A DNA stretch of 63,994 nt, filler included, from Porpidia crustulata (lineage: Eukaryota): the NCBI GenBank assembly GCA_964255105.1. It is 5 parts of 5 records of this genome, joined end to end, with 100 filler letters (N's around TTAATTAATTAA, not from the genome) between each part and the next. Parts side by side here need not be neighbours in the genome. Positions count along the whole stretch, not along the records: positions 1 to 12,853 come from CAXUWE010000477.1; positions 12,954 to 25,800 come from CAXUWE010000478.1; positions 25,901 to 38,741 come from CAXUWE010000479.1; 2 more parts are not named here. One strand, written 5' to 3'. Of this stretch, positions 12,600 through 26,102 are shown one piece after another. The notes under the pieces are model-generated. The model had not been told where the DNA came from. It saw nothing but the letters and a program-made list of their open reading frames with translations, and searched no databases. The stretch's first letter is position 1; each line of letters starts with the position of its first letter. A program made the position numbers and the translations under genes.

Positions 12600-12738
12600 T
12601 CAGCCGGCTACAGTAGCCGCTTTAATCATTTCCGCCACAAGATCCGGCTTGCTGATAATAGCCATATGCCCCGCCTCCACGTGTTCAATCTGGCAGCCGG
12701 CCATCTCGCCCATCTGGAGTTGTAGATCCTTTGGTAAC
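12600..12738 (-). CDS. Last exon of an alpha/beta-hydrolase fold protein (rest lost at the contig break)
   Basis: Translates LPKDLQLQMGEMAGCQIEHVEAGHMAIISKPDLVAEMIKAATVAG*, a typical catalytic-His region (AGH). Preceded by branch CTGAC and an AAG acceptor. Confidence 0.65.
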
Positions 12739-12853
12739 CTTGACCAGGGGTATGGAAGTCAGTGGGAATTATCGGGCACACAGAGATAGAGATTAGGCGA
12801 AGAGGTTGCAGCCTGGAGGTCGGAAGGTGGGGCTTGGCGGGGGACAGAGAATC

Positions 12854-12953
12854 NNNNNNNNNNNNNNNNNNNNNNNNNNNNNNNNNNNNNNNNNNNNTTA
12901 ATTAATTAANNNNNNNNNNNNNNNNNNNNNNNNNNNNNNNNNNNNNNNNNNNN
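12854..12953. other. Artificial contig linker (N run - TTAATTAATTAA - N run)
   Basis: 100-nt spacer with a six-frame stop core; the same design recurs four times. Confidence 0.98.
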
Positions 12954-15900
12954 GTTGAAGGAAGAAGGGAGAGGGGGAAGAAGGGAGAAGAGGAAGAAGG
13001 GAGGGATGAGGCTTATGGGTTGGAGGTGCAGGTTTAGAATGACGGAGATGAACGAAGGCGGGGATATTTTGGAAGGGATGGAGGATAAAGGGGGAGGGGA
13101 AGTCATGTTGTTATTATGAGAAACGATCAAGTATGTACACTCGAGCTAGCTCGACGAGGGGGGTAGAAAGTGGTCTTTTAGGTCATGATATGGATTTTTG
13201 ATTTTTGCTTTTGGGTTAGTCAGTCGAAGCAACGATAGAAAATCGATTGTAGTAGAAAAGAGAACTCTGCCTTGGGTGGCGCGGCTGAATTTTGGTTTGA
13301 CACGCCATGGTACATCAGCTATCTCGGGAGATTGAGATGACCGTGAGATGCAGAAGAAGTTATGGTTGAGATTTAGAGGATTTCAGGCCCTGGATGTCGT
13401 GCTGCAATGTTGTGCTAGGAACACACGCAGAGTCATATACCGGACCGACTCGTCATAGTTCGATTTGCTCGTTCTGGGGGCTACTTCTGAATGTTGTAGA
13501 CGAGGGTTCCGTTTGGAACAATATCCGCCGCGCCCTTGGCTTTGATCAAAGGGGTTTTTGGAAGAGCGTGGATCTTGGAGAGATGGTAGGATGAGGCCGT
13601 CATATTCTTTCGGAGAGTTCAGTCAACGATGGAATGGTGGCAGGCGTTTGTGAGCCATACAGTCGAAAGGCAGGTTCCGTACACGTGTTCTTAAATTGAG
13701 GACACAGGGCGCGGAGCTTGTTTTCTCGTGTGTGCGATTAAATTGGAGTTTGGACCGTGTATTTTGCTTTGATCGAGACGATCGCACTTTCCTCTATTGC
13801 AGAGAATCGGGATGGGCGCTTTCTTCAATCGGACCCTTGGGGTTATTGTCAGGCCCGTTGCCGTGTAACGACTCCCAACAATAGGACGGATGGACTCAGT
13901 CGGTATGAAGGAGGTCGATACTAAGGAAAGTACATGGTCAGCGCTTTTTTCATACTATTCGAGAATCTACTTCTAAGTACCCTGAAGTTGCGATTCATAA
14001 AAAGGTCATGCTTTCACCCACTTCCATCGCTTTGGGTCTCTGTGTATGAAGTCAAAAATGTCATCTCTCCTTCTCCCTCAATCACGTCAATAGCAGGGAA
14101 TTCTGACGACGCAGCCTTAGTCTCACAAACCAATGCAGATTTTTGAGATGAAAGTGTCTATCAGAATTCCATGGCCCAGAGAAAGTTTCCAAAGCTTCAT
14201 CTCTTCCAATGAGCTTCGCGTCTAGGTTCAGACCAGGAACATTGCGTTCGAAGTTGAAAATCCAAATATTAGTCGTTATGGCAGCCGATGAAAAGCAAGG
14301 ATTCGGGGGAATAAGCAGCTATCCAGTACAGGGGAGTCGGAATGCCAATCACGGGTTTCTGGGTCAGCAGACAAGTCAGTGATGACAAGCAGGTCTAGAT
14401 CTATCAAATAAACAATGATCGTTGGCACCCCCACGAAAGCAGTCCAATTGAGGGTGGCCTATCCTTTGCCTGGCCGTCCATCAGCCCCAGACACTGAGCT
14501 GACCCTGTCCGAGGAGATCGTAAGATTACGAACCCATACAAGGACCCATTAAAAGCTCGGTTTACAGCAAGGCAATAGAAAGCCCATCTATAGGTTCATC
14601 ACGAACGGCGTCGGGATCAATGTTTTTCTCGTTTTAATGATTTCTTGTGCTGTTTCGAAGCAAACGCTAGAGCGTTAATAGCATCATACTAGACGGCGCC
14701 ATTCCCATATTTTGCACCCTAACAGGAAGTCGGAGACAAGACTTGGGCCCAGGAGTCACAACAGAAAAGTGGTTTTACAAGATCGAGATCTAGCCAAGAT
14801 TATCATGAACCGATGGCCCATGCGCTGTCAGGAGGTAGGGGCAACGCATTAAGTCATTCTGCGAAATCCCGAATCCTTCGTTTCATCGAGTGGTAACCTC
14901 GAGGGCGCGGACCTCCTCGATACTTGGTTGCAACATCTTCGTCCAATTATTGAAGCTCTCTCGCGTTTCCACAGATAAAGTTTCGGAGAATTGAAGACGC
15001 TGGTTCCATTTAAGGCAGCGACTGACGTCCGCCGAAACCAAGAACTGAGGACAGCCAGCAGCAGACATGTTCCCAGAACGTATGACAGCAGCTTTCATCC
15101 AAATAATTGGCTGCCGAACGATCGTCATTCATTATGCTGCGAAACGTTACCGAAAGTAGTACCAAGTCCCAGGCATCCCGTGAATCCACGGGCAACTCTC
15201 GGGGCTAACGGAGGCAGAACAGGTAAAGAACGCGCCAGGGCATCTGTGTTACATGTTAGACCCATGTGATAGCGCTAATTGATGATCCTGCTGACGGAAC
15301 AAAAGTAGCGAGCAGGTCAAATTGCAGTCTCCAGAAGCCGAAGGCTTTTCCCATATTCATGAGCACAGCTGATTTGAGCCACGTCGTATCTTGATTCCGT
15401 TCTTCTTGACGCGTTGCATTAGACTCTATGGAAGATTGTCCCGATGTGAGAAGATACTCTTCGCACTCCCAAAAGCTCACGCTAGGTTTACCAATTGGAT
15501 CTCTACAGAGGAGTAGACCTCAGCTGCAGCGGCAAAGGATTGAAACTCAACAGAATCGGATTGAGATTTCTCATGGACCACATCTAAATGATCGTTGTAC
15601 GAACTGGGCTGGTTTAATTAGTCCCGGTATTTTGCAGGAATCAATAAATAATTCGATATAATCATATGAGGGCTATACGGGTCTCTCAGGACTTTGGCAA
15701 GTTTTCGTAAGTTAGATTCCTTTTGAGTTGCCTTAGTGAGATCGGCTGCTATGCAGGACGGAATAAGGGACGTGTCCGGTTGGACAAAGGAGCGAAACTG
15801 TAAGCTGTAAACTATGGGCTGTGGACTATGATGCAGGCATCCGTTCAAACTTACCAAAGGAGGCATCGAGATCCTGAAGACTCTTTAACACCCTCGGGTA

Positions 15901-16891
15901 TTCAGTATCAAGTAGAGAACTTTTGGGGTAAATTCAAGGCAGAGCAATTGGAATAAACAGCGCGAGAGTTCTACTGCTAGCTAGAGCAAGCGCTTGATCA
16001 AGCGATGTCATACTTTGCTTGACGAACTATAATAGGTTGAAACACGAAGCCTTAGAAGCAAGAAGACTATGTGCAGCAGAAAATTATTGCCAATCAACCT
16101 TGGAGTGCCTGAATATTGCGGGAAGGACCTTCAGAGACCATAGAATTGGGTGTAGTCCTTGAAGGAGATGACACGGGTTTGGGGCTGAGCCTTGACGCTG
16201 ATTTTTTAGTACCTGTGGATGCGGTGAGTCCGATCCATGCGGCTCATTATAGCAAACGCAAACAGCCTCTGTGCACAAAACGCCTGCAGTTGATCAGTGA
16301 GATCACCGGACAGCAGCGCAATTACGCATGTAGGGAGCGTGACCGTTGTGGCAGTATCGGCACTTAGTTGAGAGGGCTGAAGACGATAGCAATGAGCACC
16401 TAGGATAATGTCCAATGAGAGGCTCACACGAACGGTTCTCGGTGAGCCGTATTTTATCCATGCCATCTCTTGGAGGTAATTTCATCGCTTGACCGCTTGA
16501 CTACTTAACCGCCACGCCGCCAGGCTGCGGTATAATGCGGTTGTCCTGGCTCGGAGATACTGAGGCATATCTCTGGCCCTATTATTATCTTATTAGCCCC
16601 ACGGTTTTGGCACGAGACTGTAAAACAATGCACGATTCGTCTGGAGGTGCACAAGATCTATTATGCAAGGTACAGATACAATCTCTTCAAAGGGTGCCAA
16701 CGGTCAACAGAGCAGTTGTGTCCAAGATTGGAGTGCAATGGTAACAATAAAGAGCGTCAAGTATATAGTACTCAGCAATCATGGATAGAGAATAGGTGTT
16801 TGAGTGAGACCTGGAGGGTTGAAAGAAGATTTAGACCCGGCGTTAAGCGGCGGACGGGTTAGCCCGCCCGGGGAAAGTGCCCGAGGGCTCG

Positions 16892-16960
16892 CTCTAGTTA
16901 GAACTCTCTAGTTAGGATCCTCTAATTAGCATTATCTCCCTAGTTAGCATCGTCTAGTTG
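16892..16960 (+). repeat. Degenerate tandem CTAGTTAG array
   Basis: ctctagttag, ctctagttag, ctctaattag, ccctagttag, gtctagttgg at roughly 14-20 bp spacing. Confidence 0.55.
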
Positions 16961-19900
16961 GTCTGTAGTCTGGATATAGTCAGTCTCCTCTAGCTAGTCA
17001 TTAGTGAACGAACTAGATGGCTAACGTCTCCTATCTCTCTTTGTTGCCAGCAGTCTCTATCCAACTCGCAGTGTCATCAGGTCGGCCATCCCGATAACGC
17101 ATGACTGGCGTGCAACTCATTCTGGATGCTCTGTGGAGGAAAAATGCCCAGAGCATCACCTGCCTCAACCCTCTATGCTACTAACTTCAATCTCAACCCC
17201 AAAGGCTGCTCGCGAGGCTGCCCTCTGTGGAATACAGCACCTAAAACATTCATGGCTGATGCTGCAGCAAAGCGTAACTACGAGACTACCAAGCCGCAGA
17301 CTAGCTAAGCTCGTGTTCCTGCATCATCGAAACGAGCCACCACTGCTTTCATACCACTTCCATTGACCCGTGAAATTACTGCAAATCCGATGGGATTGAC
17401 GATACAAGGCAATAAGGAACGACACAATCCCCGCAATGCAGCGCCGTGGTCCCAGACTATCTCATGATGGATGTTTCGGATCTATTCGGCCCTGGCGATG
17501 ATCCAAAATGGTTCGCTATGAACATGTGCTTGTTTCGTTCCGTCTGCATGATGCTGCAAGCTGCCAAAATGTCCTGGCAGTGAGGCACAACGCCGCTATG
17601 CTTGATACGAGCTCTCGAGTACCAAGTACCATAGCCGAGGCAGGGGAGTGTGATATCAGGTCCTAACGGCAGCATCAGAGGCAGGAATAGCAATGGCTGT
17701 GCGTGTAATGCGTTTGAAAGACCGCTACTCGGGATCGATTTATGACGCTAGACTCCGGCTGGAAAATGGGATGGCAATAATTTTGCTCATAGTAGAGGAA
17801 ACCCACTGGCGATATAGTTTGGGCATGGTGTGGTACGCATCTCGATTGGCAGGTCGTCGAAATCGATTCTGCGTACTTAACCTTCCATCTGTGCCTATTA
17901 CTTGCGCGCATTTGGTCACATTCAACTATCTCCCTGCGCGTGAAGTTAAACTCTTTGTCTCTCGTTTGGACGTCTCCAGAGTAGGCTTAGCTTGACGGCA
18001 TTAGCAAGGAATGATCAGAGAGCAGCGAGTGATAAATTCGAATACCAAGTATCGTCGATCTCCAAAAGCCCGAGTGGGCTCTGGTGTACAAGAAGAGCAA
18101 ATTGCCCCAGCGTCTTAAAAAAGCAAACAGCGTCTCGTACCCCATGAACATCAAGGTGGCCTTTCTCGAAGAAAAGGTAAGCCTCCTCGCCTTGACAAAC
18201 ATTTCCAGTTATTTTCTTGTGTTTGAAATATCGCAGTCTCAGCCGCCCTTGTTCAGGACAATCTTGCCACTTGTTCAATTTCTTTGCTCGGCCTGAACTT
18301 CGATTTGCCCAGTCGTGCCTCACGCTTGCTGTGAGCCAAAGCGAATCCTCCCCACACTAGCTCAGCCTTCAAGGCACTGTCTGCATCTCCCACGTCAAAC
18401 CCCAATTCCATGCCCTGCTCCTGCTTGGCGCTGTCCGCTGGTGCAGCAGTAACGGCACCGCGATGGATCATTTAGCTTTGACGAATCTCATGTCAAGCTC
18501 GTCCGTCGCTTCAGTTATATCTACTTACACACCCTGAGTACTGCATCTAACCCAAAACCTCTCTTCCCTTTCTTTTCTTTTACTGCTGCCTACCTTTTTC
18601 TCTTCTATTTTGGAGGCGCGTGCTACATGCAAGTGCTGACCGGCCGAGTCTAGTGGCCGCTTTTAGCTGAAGATCTCGCATTCGCACCCTCCACTCAACA
18701 AGCCAGCCAGACGAGCCAGGGGCATTGAAGCGAAAAACTTTCGCGGCAAGCCTAAGCCCTAGGTACCGGTCCGGCCAGCCTAAGTATCTAAGCTCCTACG
18801 CATCCAAGCAGATCGCGCTTGGGGGTCGGGAGATCCTAAGGACGCGAGAACGGTGTTGAGGGAGTCGATCAGACCGCCTGACGATCGGTCTTGTCCGTTG
18901 ATCCCTCGAAAAGAGCACAAGGGTTGTCAGAAAGCGTCAAGAGCACTTCCAGTGTCTGGTTTGTGCCGATTTGGTTGCTGTGAGCAGAGTCTATCTACTC
19001 AATGAACAACAACAGTAAGCCAGCCTTATGTTCACATACTCGATATTGTATACACTTTTCATGACATTTCGGATGATTACGCTGGTCTTGGTTTTGCAAT
19101 CGAACTTCTATCGCATTTGATTCCGCTTTTTGGGTTACGAGATACATGCAAGGGATCATCGCTGGTTGGCATCCGGTGCCAAAACCAGTTGACCCGAGAG
19201 AATGGCACGATATCTTTGACCTTTTGGCCGAAGGCTGGGAGGCGACCAGGTTATCCTCGGCCGTAGACGGGGTTTCAATACGGCCATTACGACTCCCACG
19301 CACACCTTGCTTTTTGGCAGAGCGTTCATTCGTGTGTTCAAGGGGTGGCTAGTGACTAACAAGCATTAGCGCTCCTCCATAGTCCCTACGACTACCCTCT
19401 CACTCCTCTCCAGACCGAAAGCGAGTCGCTAGGACAAATCCGGGCATATGCAAGCCAAACCCCGTTGCTGACTGAAAGCCCGCTCGGAAACCTTCAGCGG
19501 TCTGACGGCTACGGCTTGCTTAGCCAGCAACTCGTCCACTCGATGCCATTGAATGCCGCCAAGCCTTTCGGTTATGCATCCCAACCCAGCGTTTTGGCTG
19601 TGCCGCCGTAAGTTTTCTCCTTTCGAAACCCCATCAAGCCTTTCCATATACCCCAATTGGTTCGTCCACCACATTTGCCTTGTTTCATCAACTCTCGCCT
19701 CTTTCCCTCCTTGATATTCTTTCCATCTCCCCCCGCCAATGCTGTCATAGTGTTGTTGGCACCAGCGTTCTGAATTGCGCGATATTTCGTGCATAACCCA
19801 GCGGCGTGGCTCGTCACACCGATCACACGACGTGGTATCACTTCTCTAGCCACGCATTAGCTGCTGTCCCGTCCATCTAAACGTTACACCAAATTTCACG

Positions 19901-20189
19901 ATGATCTGATGGACTCAGCCGCGCCACGAAATCGCAGTACTTGTACCGTGCTAACCAATGATTAACATGAGGCATCAGTTTTCAGAACGGTCCTGGCATA
20001 TCCTTGAGTCCACTGGATTCCAGTTGCGACTCTGCATCCACGAGTCCCAGTTCAGCCTCATCGTCTTTTGTCTTCTCACCCCACGCCACCAATCCCGCGA
20101 ATGGCTTCAACAATATCGCAGCCTTTTCCTCGGCAGCGCCAGTGGGCTATCCGACACCATTGAAGTTCCCGCAGGCATACTTGCCAACT

Positions 20190-21997
20190 ATGTACGACAA
20201 TAGACCACGAAACACATCAATGTGCGTTCCCTTCTCACATGCTTGTGCTTCCAATTCCCGAGTTTATTGGGCCATGGCAGTCTTGTCGTCTGACAGTTAT
20301 CGTGGAATATTAGTCCCTCCTCGGGTATGCCACCTCCCTCCCAAGCTCCAGGAAACCCCAACACCGTGTTACCGTCGCTTGGTACGACAATCAGAGAATC
20401 TTATCACACGCCATCGTCTCACTACCCCACGTACGGATATCCTCTCCATGGGAATCCTATTTACGCATCCAATTCCTCATCCAATTCCATCCTGGCTAGC
20501 TCCAGAGGCTCCGAGCCAACACTTAACATGGCGCAAACGGCGAATGTCGGCTATGTCCATGCAGGTCAACATGATGCTTCTATTCCGTATCCTCTCAACT
20601 CGCATAATACGGTGCCGCCGTTTGTCAAGACAAGAACCCTGCAGCCCATCACCGACAAAAAGGGCATGTCTGTTCAGGTCGAACTCCACGCGAAGATTGA
20701 TAAGGGGTTTTTCCAAACCGACCCCGAGCAAGATTGGACATGTTATCGCCGCAACTACTTCTCCGTCGCTTGTTCATATAGCCTCAAGCCTCACTACAAT
20801 CCCGCTTCCGAATCTCTCTATGTGGGTCGAGATAGGATCCAGGCTTTTGCCATGTGCATCTCGGCCAGGGTAGACGGCGAAGACGGAAAGCCTATTGACC
20901 TCGTCCAACATACTCCGAAACGGGACAAAGGCCCCATGGGACGACCAGAAAAAATCAAATTAACGCCACAGATCTCTGGATCGTTGAGTATTTATGAGCC
21001 TGGCGGAGGGATCAGCCCTAGTGCACAGCTGGCAAACCCAGACTATGAGCCAATCTACGCACCATCTGCACCGACCCAGCAGCAAAGTCAAACGATGGCG
21101 ACTTTTGATCGAATTCAATTCAAGAACGCTACAGCGAACAACGGTAAAAGAAGGGCAGCACAGCAATATTTTCACATCGTGGTAGAGTTATTTGCCGAAA
21201 TCCCGAGCAGCCAATCTTCTCAAGGCCCATGGAGCAAAATTGCAACTCGGATATCTGCGCCGATGGTTGTGCGCGGTCGTTCACCGGGCCACTACTCGGA
21301 GGATCGTCGAAGCAGCTCAACAAGTATGGGACCTGGAGGTGGCTCTAGTGGCGACAGTGCCGGGAGCCAAGGGAATTCGAATGCCGGGGGTCCATCAAAT
21401 GTGTTGCGAGGTGGCATGTCGGGGCTACCTTTCTCTGGATCATCTCGGGTCGGAAGCAGTACATACCGATCGCATTGTGATACTCATTACGATTCTCTCG
21501 CAAATAGTCCTTCGAAACTTTCTTCGGAATCGTCGTCGAGTTTCGGAAGCCGCAGGTTGATGTCACTTGATCGACCCCGGGATCTCATACTTACCACGGA
21601 GGAGACCAGTGCTATTGACGATCATGAGGGCTATTTATATTTCCCTTCACCCCTCGCTGAGATCCCCGAGAATGGCCGATCCATGCGGCCTCAGCTTCCA
21701 TCAGTCACCTCCAGTGCATTCAAGTCCGAGGCCCTACTTCCTTCCTCTCATTACCAACCTTCGTACGGATATGGCGATAGTGCTTCGGGAAGACATCAGA
21801 CTAGTTTCGAATCGAGGCCATCTGTTAAAGAGGAGAGAGATGAGTCCAGCACTGGCTTTTCCTGGATTCAATCAAACGACAGTCACGAGTCACAATCACA
21901 CCCAGGGCTGAGCAACGTTGACTACCTAAGAAGCTGCGGACGCTTCCAGGGCGTTGAGAGCAGTCGAGGGTACTATCCCGTTGCTCCTGCGTTATGA
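20190..21997 (+). CDS. NDT80/PhoG-family transcription factor (Ndt80/NdtA/FSD-1-like); 5' end uncertain, frame open back to about 19980
   Basis: Motifs AKIDKGFF, WTCYRRNYFSV, LVQHTPKRDKGP, FDRIQFKNATANNGKRRAAQQYF and VVRGRSPGHY; intron 20222-20313. Confidence 0.92.
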
Positions 21998-23326
21998 TCG
22001 GGACCCGGTATATTGCTGCCTCCCCTACCATCATCCACGGTCTTCGTCAGGATCGCTTGCCGATGTTCGTATCTTGCAAGTCTACGATCAGCGTAAAAAA
22101 TTATATCAACTAGATCGAGCCTGCGATCAAGTTCTTTTCGTTTCGTTTCTTTTTTTCTGATTTGGTCGGCCAGACCTGTCCTTGCAATACTTGGATCTCT
22201 GATTTTGCTAGTAATGTTTACGCTGGACGATGGACGATGTAGATGGTCTGCAAACATTGCTTTGGCGCTCTATACCTCGGGTTGGTAATCCTGTGGAGGG
22301 GAATAAATGGGCAGGACAGGATGAGGATGGGATATATCCATGGCGTTACAAGCTGGAAAAGACGCAACGGTATCGGATTGCTGACACAGGGCTTTAGATG
22401 GGAGTACCTTGGGGGCTGCCTTGTACCAGTGAGCATTGTTTTTGGATTCGCCCATGCATGATTAGAGTAGAGCGTTCGTTCAGACTACTTCGCGCGGACT
22501 ATAATTCAGGGGTGGTATCACGTTTGATCATATTGGCAAAGTGTTCTTCGGGCCGGCCAGGCATTTGGCACGTCCTGGCAGGCGCTCATAGCGAACACCA
22601 TTACCAGGATTATGACCGTTGATTCCGAGTACAAATTCGAGTAAATCACCAGGTACCTACTGCTCTACTACCAATATATCATGGAGGAAACCTCCATGAG
22701 ATTGATATTCGGGGCATTGGACTGGCATGTCTGCCGAAATAGACGAATTGAGCACTCATACATAGGCATGCTCCATCGACATGATCGAATGTGAGTTGAG
22801 CAGTGGGTGGTCAAGCTATAGTGATTCCATTGAAGCCTAAGATGAGAGTGAGAGGGAGAGGGAGAGGATGTGGAAAAGAAAAGAGATCGGTTGGACTGGC
22901 ACAATTGGGCAGCCATAGCAGCTTCAAAGAAACTTTAGACGATACGCTAGCCCTCCACTAGTCTTGCCCCGCGTCATCACACTTTCCATCCCCTTTGCCA
23001 AGGTGTCAACGGTCAACATTTGTTCTCTCCTCAATCCTCCATTCTCCATTTCCTTCAGATCTCCATTCCTACCTATTCCATGTCGAAGACTCATCACTCG
23101 ATCGTCTGAGCACTCAGAAGGCGAAGCAGCCACGAATAGTACTGTCATATAACCTACGGCAAGCGGTCTGCAGCCTATGCCGTATTTTTCGAAATTACTG
23201 TACCTCGCCTTACTGTTTCTCTAAATAGCCTAAAACATCACAGTTACCGAGAAGCGGTGTCCCCATCACTATTTGCCATTTCTATTCGAGTTCTGATCAC
23301 TCCTGCGTACGCCTCCCCCAGGTGCA

Positions 23327-25154
23327 ATGTCTCGTTTTGGGGGTGAGTCCCGTGCTCATGGGGGCTACGACCGCGGCAGTGGAGGTGGAGAACGATGGGA
23401 CCCCGAACGCTTTAGTCGTGAGAGGGATCGTGTCGAGAGATCTCGAGGACCAATGCTCGCTGAGCGGGATATTTACGAGGAGCGAGATGTATTTCTCCCG
23501 AGGCCGAATCGAGGTAATGCAAGGCGAGAAGCTTCTGCCGACGGGTCTTACCGTGGTGGAGCAGGTGGAGGAGGTAGAGGCCAAACAACCTTCGAAGAGA
23601 GAGATGTTTTTCGTCAAGAAGAGCGATTTGGACCGCCTGCAAGAAGAGCTAGACCACCACCAGCCAGATATTATGATGAAGAGGTCGACAGCTTTGAAAG
23701 CAGTCCTAGCCGAGGACAAATGGTACCTTTCGAAAGTCGTAGGAGAAGTATCAATGTAGAGAAGAACTACACACCACCACCTCGACGGGCTCCACCAAGG
23801 CCTACCATCATCAGGCGTCAGTCTAGTCTCGACACTTTCGATCGGAAGCCACTCCCTCGGTATGGCGTTCCACCGCGAGAGCCTCCAGAGACTATTGTCA
23901 TTCCAGCCAGAAGCCGGAGAAGGAGTCCACCACCGAGGTTTGTGGAGAGAGACTATGAAGAAGATATCAGAGTTGCGGAGCCAGACTACTATGGCGATGA
24001 AGATTTTAGGGGCTACAGAGAGCGGGAGGTCTCTACGGTCAGAAGGAGGAGAGCTAACAGTGAATTGCCTGAGTTCAGGGAAGAGATCAGGGAAGAGATT
24101 CTGGAGGTGAAAGAAGAGGAGCCGTTCCCCAGGCGTGGTAAAACCAAGATGCCGAGGAGGCTAGTCAACAAGATGGCGATTCTTGAACTCGGTTATCCTT
24201 TTGAAGAAGAGGTAATTGCATCATCTTTATCTTTGACTATTACTAATACTGTCATAGGGAGAAACCATAATTATCCTCAAAGCACTAGGCAAGGAGCATA
24301 TCGATGAGGTCATTAGGATCAGTAAGGAAATGAATGAAAGACCTGTCGTCAAGGAAGAGGGTTAGCTGTCTGTCCAATAAGTGAGACTAATTGACTAACA
24401 ATCTGCAGTCCGAAAAACCTACGTGATTGAGTCCGGCCCTCCTCCGCCTCCAGAGCCGGAAGTCATAGAGCGTCGGACAGAGATTATCATCAATCCTCCA
24501 GAGCCACATGAGATTCCGCGCTCTGTCCGTGAGTGGGACGTGATGAGCGGGACTGCTGGAGGCAAATCCGAGCATGGAGGCCACAAGTCCGAGCACGGAG
24601 GCTACAAGTCCGAGCACGGAGGCCACAAGTCCGAGCATGGAGGTCACAAGTCCGAGCATGGAGGTCACAAATCCGAGCACGGCGGTAGCAAGTCACACCA
24701 CGGAGGTCACAAGTCAGAGCGTGGCGCCAAATCTCACAAAAGCCATTCTCATTCCCGAGCCCGTAGTTCATCATCCTCCAGTAGCAGCTCCTCCGGGCCC
24801 TCCGCCATCGAGATCGTCCGCAGACCCAGCAAATCCTCCCGCCGCCGCTCCCGCTCCAGCGCTGGCCACAAGACCGTGTATCTTGAGGAAGGAAAGGAAC
24901 AATCAAACTCCATGCACGGCCTCTCTCTCGTCGTTCCCAGCCGCAGTAAAGACACGCACAAAGACGAGCGCCAAATCAAAGCCGAGATCCGGGCGCTAGA
25001 GGCCGAAAAGAAGATGCTAAAGTATGAGCGCGAGATTGAAAAGGAGCATCGTAAAGCGGATCGGTACAGGGACGAGCCGGTGGTGATTGAAAGGGATCGT
25101 GATGTCGTGAAGATCGAGAAGGATCGTAAAGGTAGGATGAGCCTTGTGAAATAA
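23327..25154 (+). CDS. Conserved-looking fungal Arg/Glu/Pro-rich hypothetical protein
   Basis: Introns 24212-24257 and 24361-24408 join the ORFs in frame (RRGKTKMPRRLVNKMAILELGYPFEEE/GETIIILKALGKEHIDEVIRIS). Ends EKDRKGRMSLVK. Confidence 0.8.
24564..24722 (+). repeat. Coding 21-bp minisatellite, about 7-8 units encoding KSEHGGH
   Basis: Repeated aagtccgagca(c/t)ggagg(c/t)cac units, varying mostly at synonymous positions. Confidence 0.92.
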
Positions 25155-25800
25155 TGGTTTTCGGGGGAGGAAGAGGGGGCTGATTATTTTTCTTGCCGAT
25201 GCAGCTCCGAATCCGAAAGTCATCAAGGCCATGCTGGCGACATTGACTTAGAAACGTTCATCGATGACGACATACCGACCTTGGCGCCTTCTCCCGAGCG
25301 CAGACTCCGTCAGTATTGCGAACGTTTTTACACGTCGTCGACGTATCTGGAATAACGAAATAAGAGGATGCCCAACTCCTCGGCGACACCGAGCAGAGCA
25401 ACGTTTTTAGGCCAAGCCCCGCTTTGCAACTATCCGGCATTCCTGTCACCCGCAGACACCGATGCCCTTTCACCTTTGGCAAATACCATTTCATAATTCC
25501 CCATTTCTACATTAGGTAGACTGCTTTAACGGCTACATTAGAGAAGGGAATTTTCATAGAGCCAGGTCAATGTAGCTAACAATGACGTTATGACTAATCT
25601 CTTCCTATATTGGCACGAAGTCTTCAATAAAGATTCTGATTAGATGACTAGTGCAAGAACATTCGTCCTTCACCCCACCCCTCCGCAACGGTCCCGCCTT
25701 TCTTTTCTTCCTTATTCCTCTTTATCTTCCTTTCTACTCCAACCCTCGCCTCCCTCCTGATCTCTTTTTCCCTTTCATCTCCTTCTCTCCCCTTCTCTTC

Positions 25801-25900
25801 NNNNNNNNNNNNNNNNNNNNNNNNNNNNNNNNNNNNNNNNNNNNTTAATTAATTAANNNNNNNNNNNNNNNNNNNNNNNNNNNNNNNNNNNNNNNNNNNN
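25801..25900. other. Artificial contig linker
   Basis: N run - TTAATTAATTAA (25845-25856) - N run. Confidence 0.98.
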
Positions 25901-26102
25901 CCTTACTAACCTTCTCATGTGCTGCCCCCTCCAACGGCCCCTCCGGATTACTCGGCAATCCACCCTTGGTATCATCGCTCACTTCCTGGGCGTGGGTAGC
26001 GCTGGGCGCAGCATCGATCTTGCCGGATTCGGGTTGGCCGACCTGGGCACCGGATTGCTGCTCCGGCTCGGGGGACTGGCGGCCAGCATTCGGGGCGGAC
26101 AT
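25901..26102 (-). CDS. Small hydrophilic fungal protein, 3' end cut by the linker
   Basis: MSAPNAGRQSPEPEQQSGAQ...LPSNPEGPLEGAAHEKVSK; good start context, coding-like composition. Confidence 0.75.

Noticed and set aside
12898..12909. TTAATTAATTAA palindrome repeated four times in the window
   Set aside because: Always centred in identical 100-nt N spacers: an artificial six-frame-stop linker, not biology. ORF ends at these sites are false.
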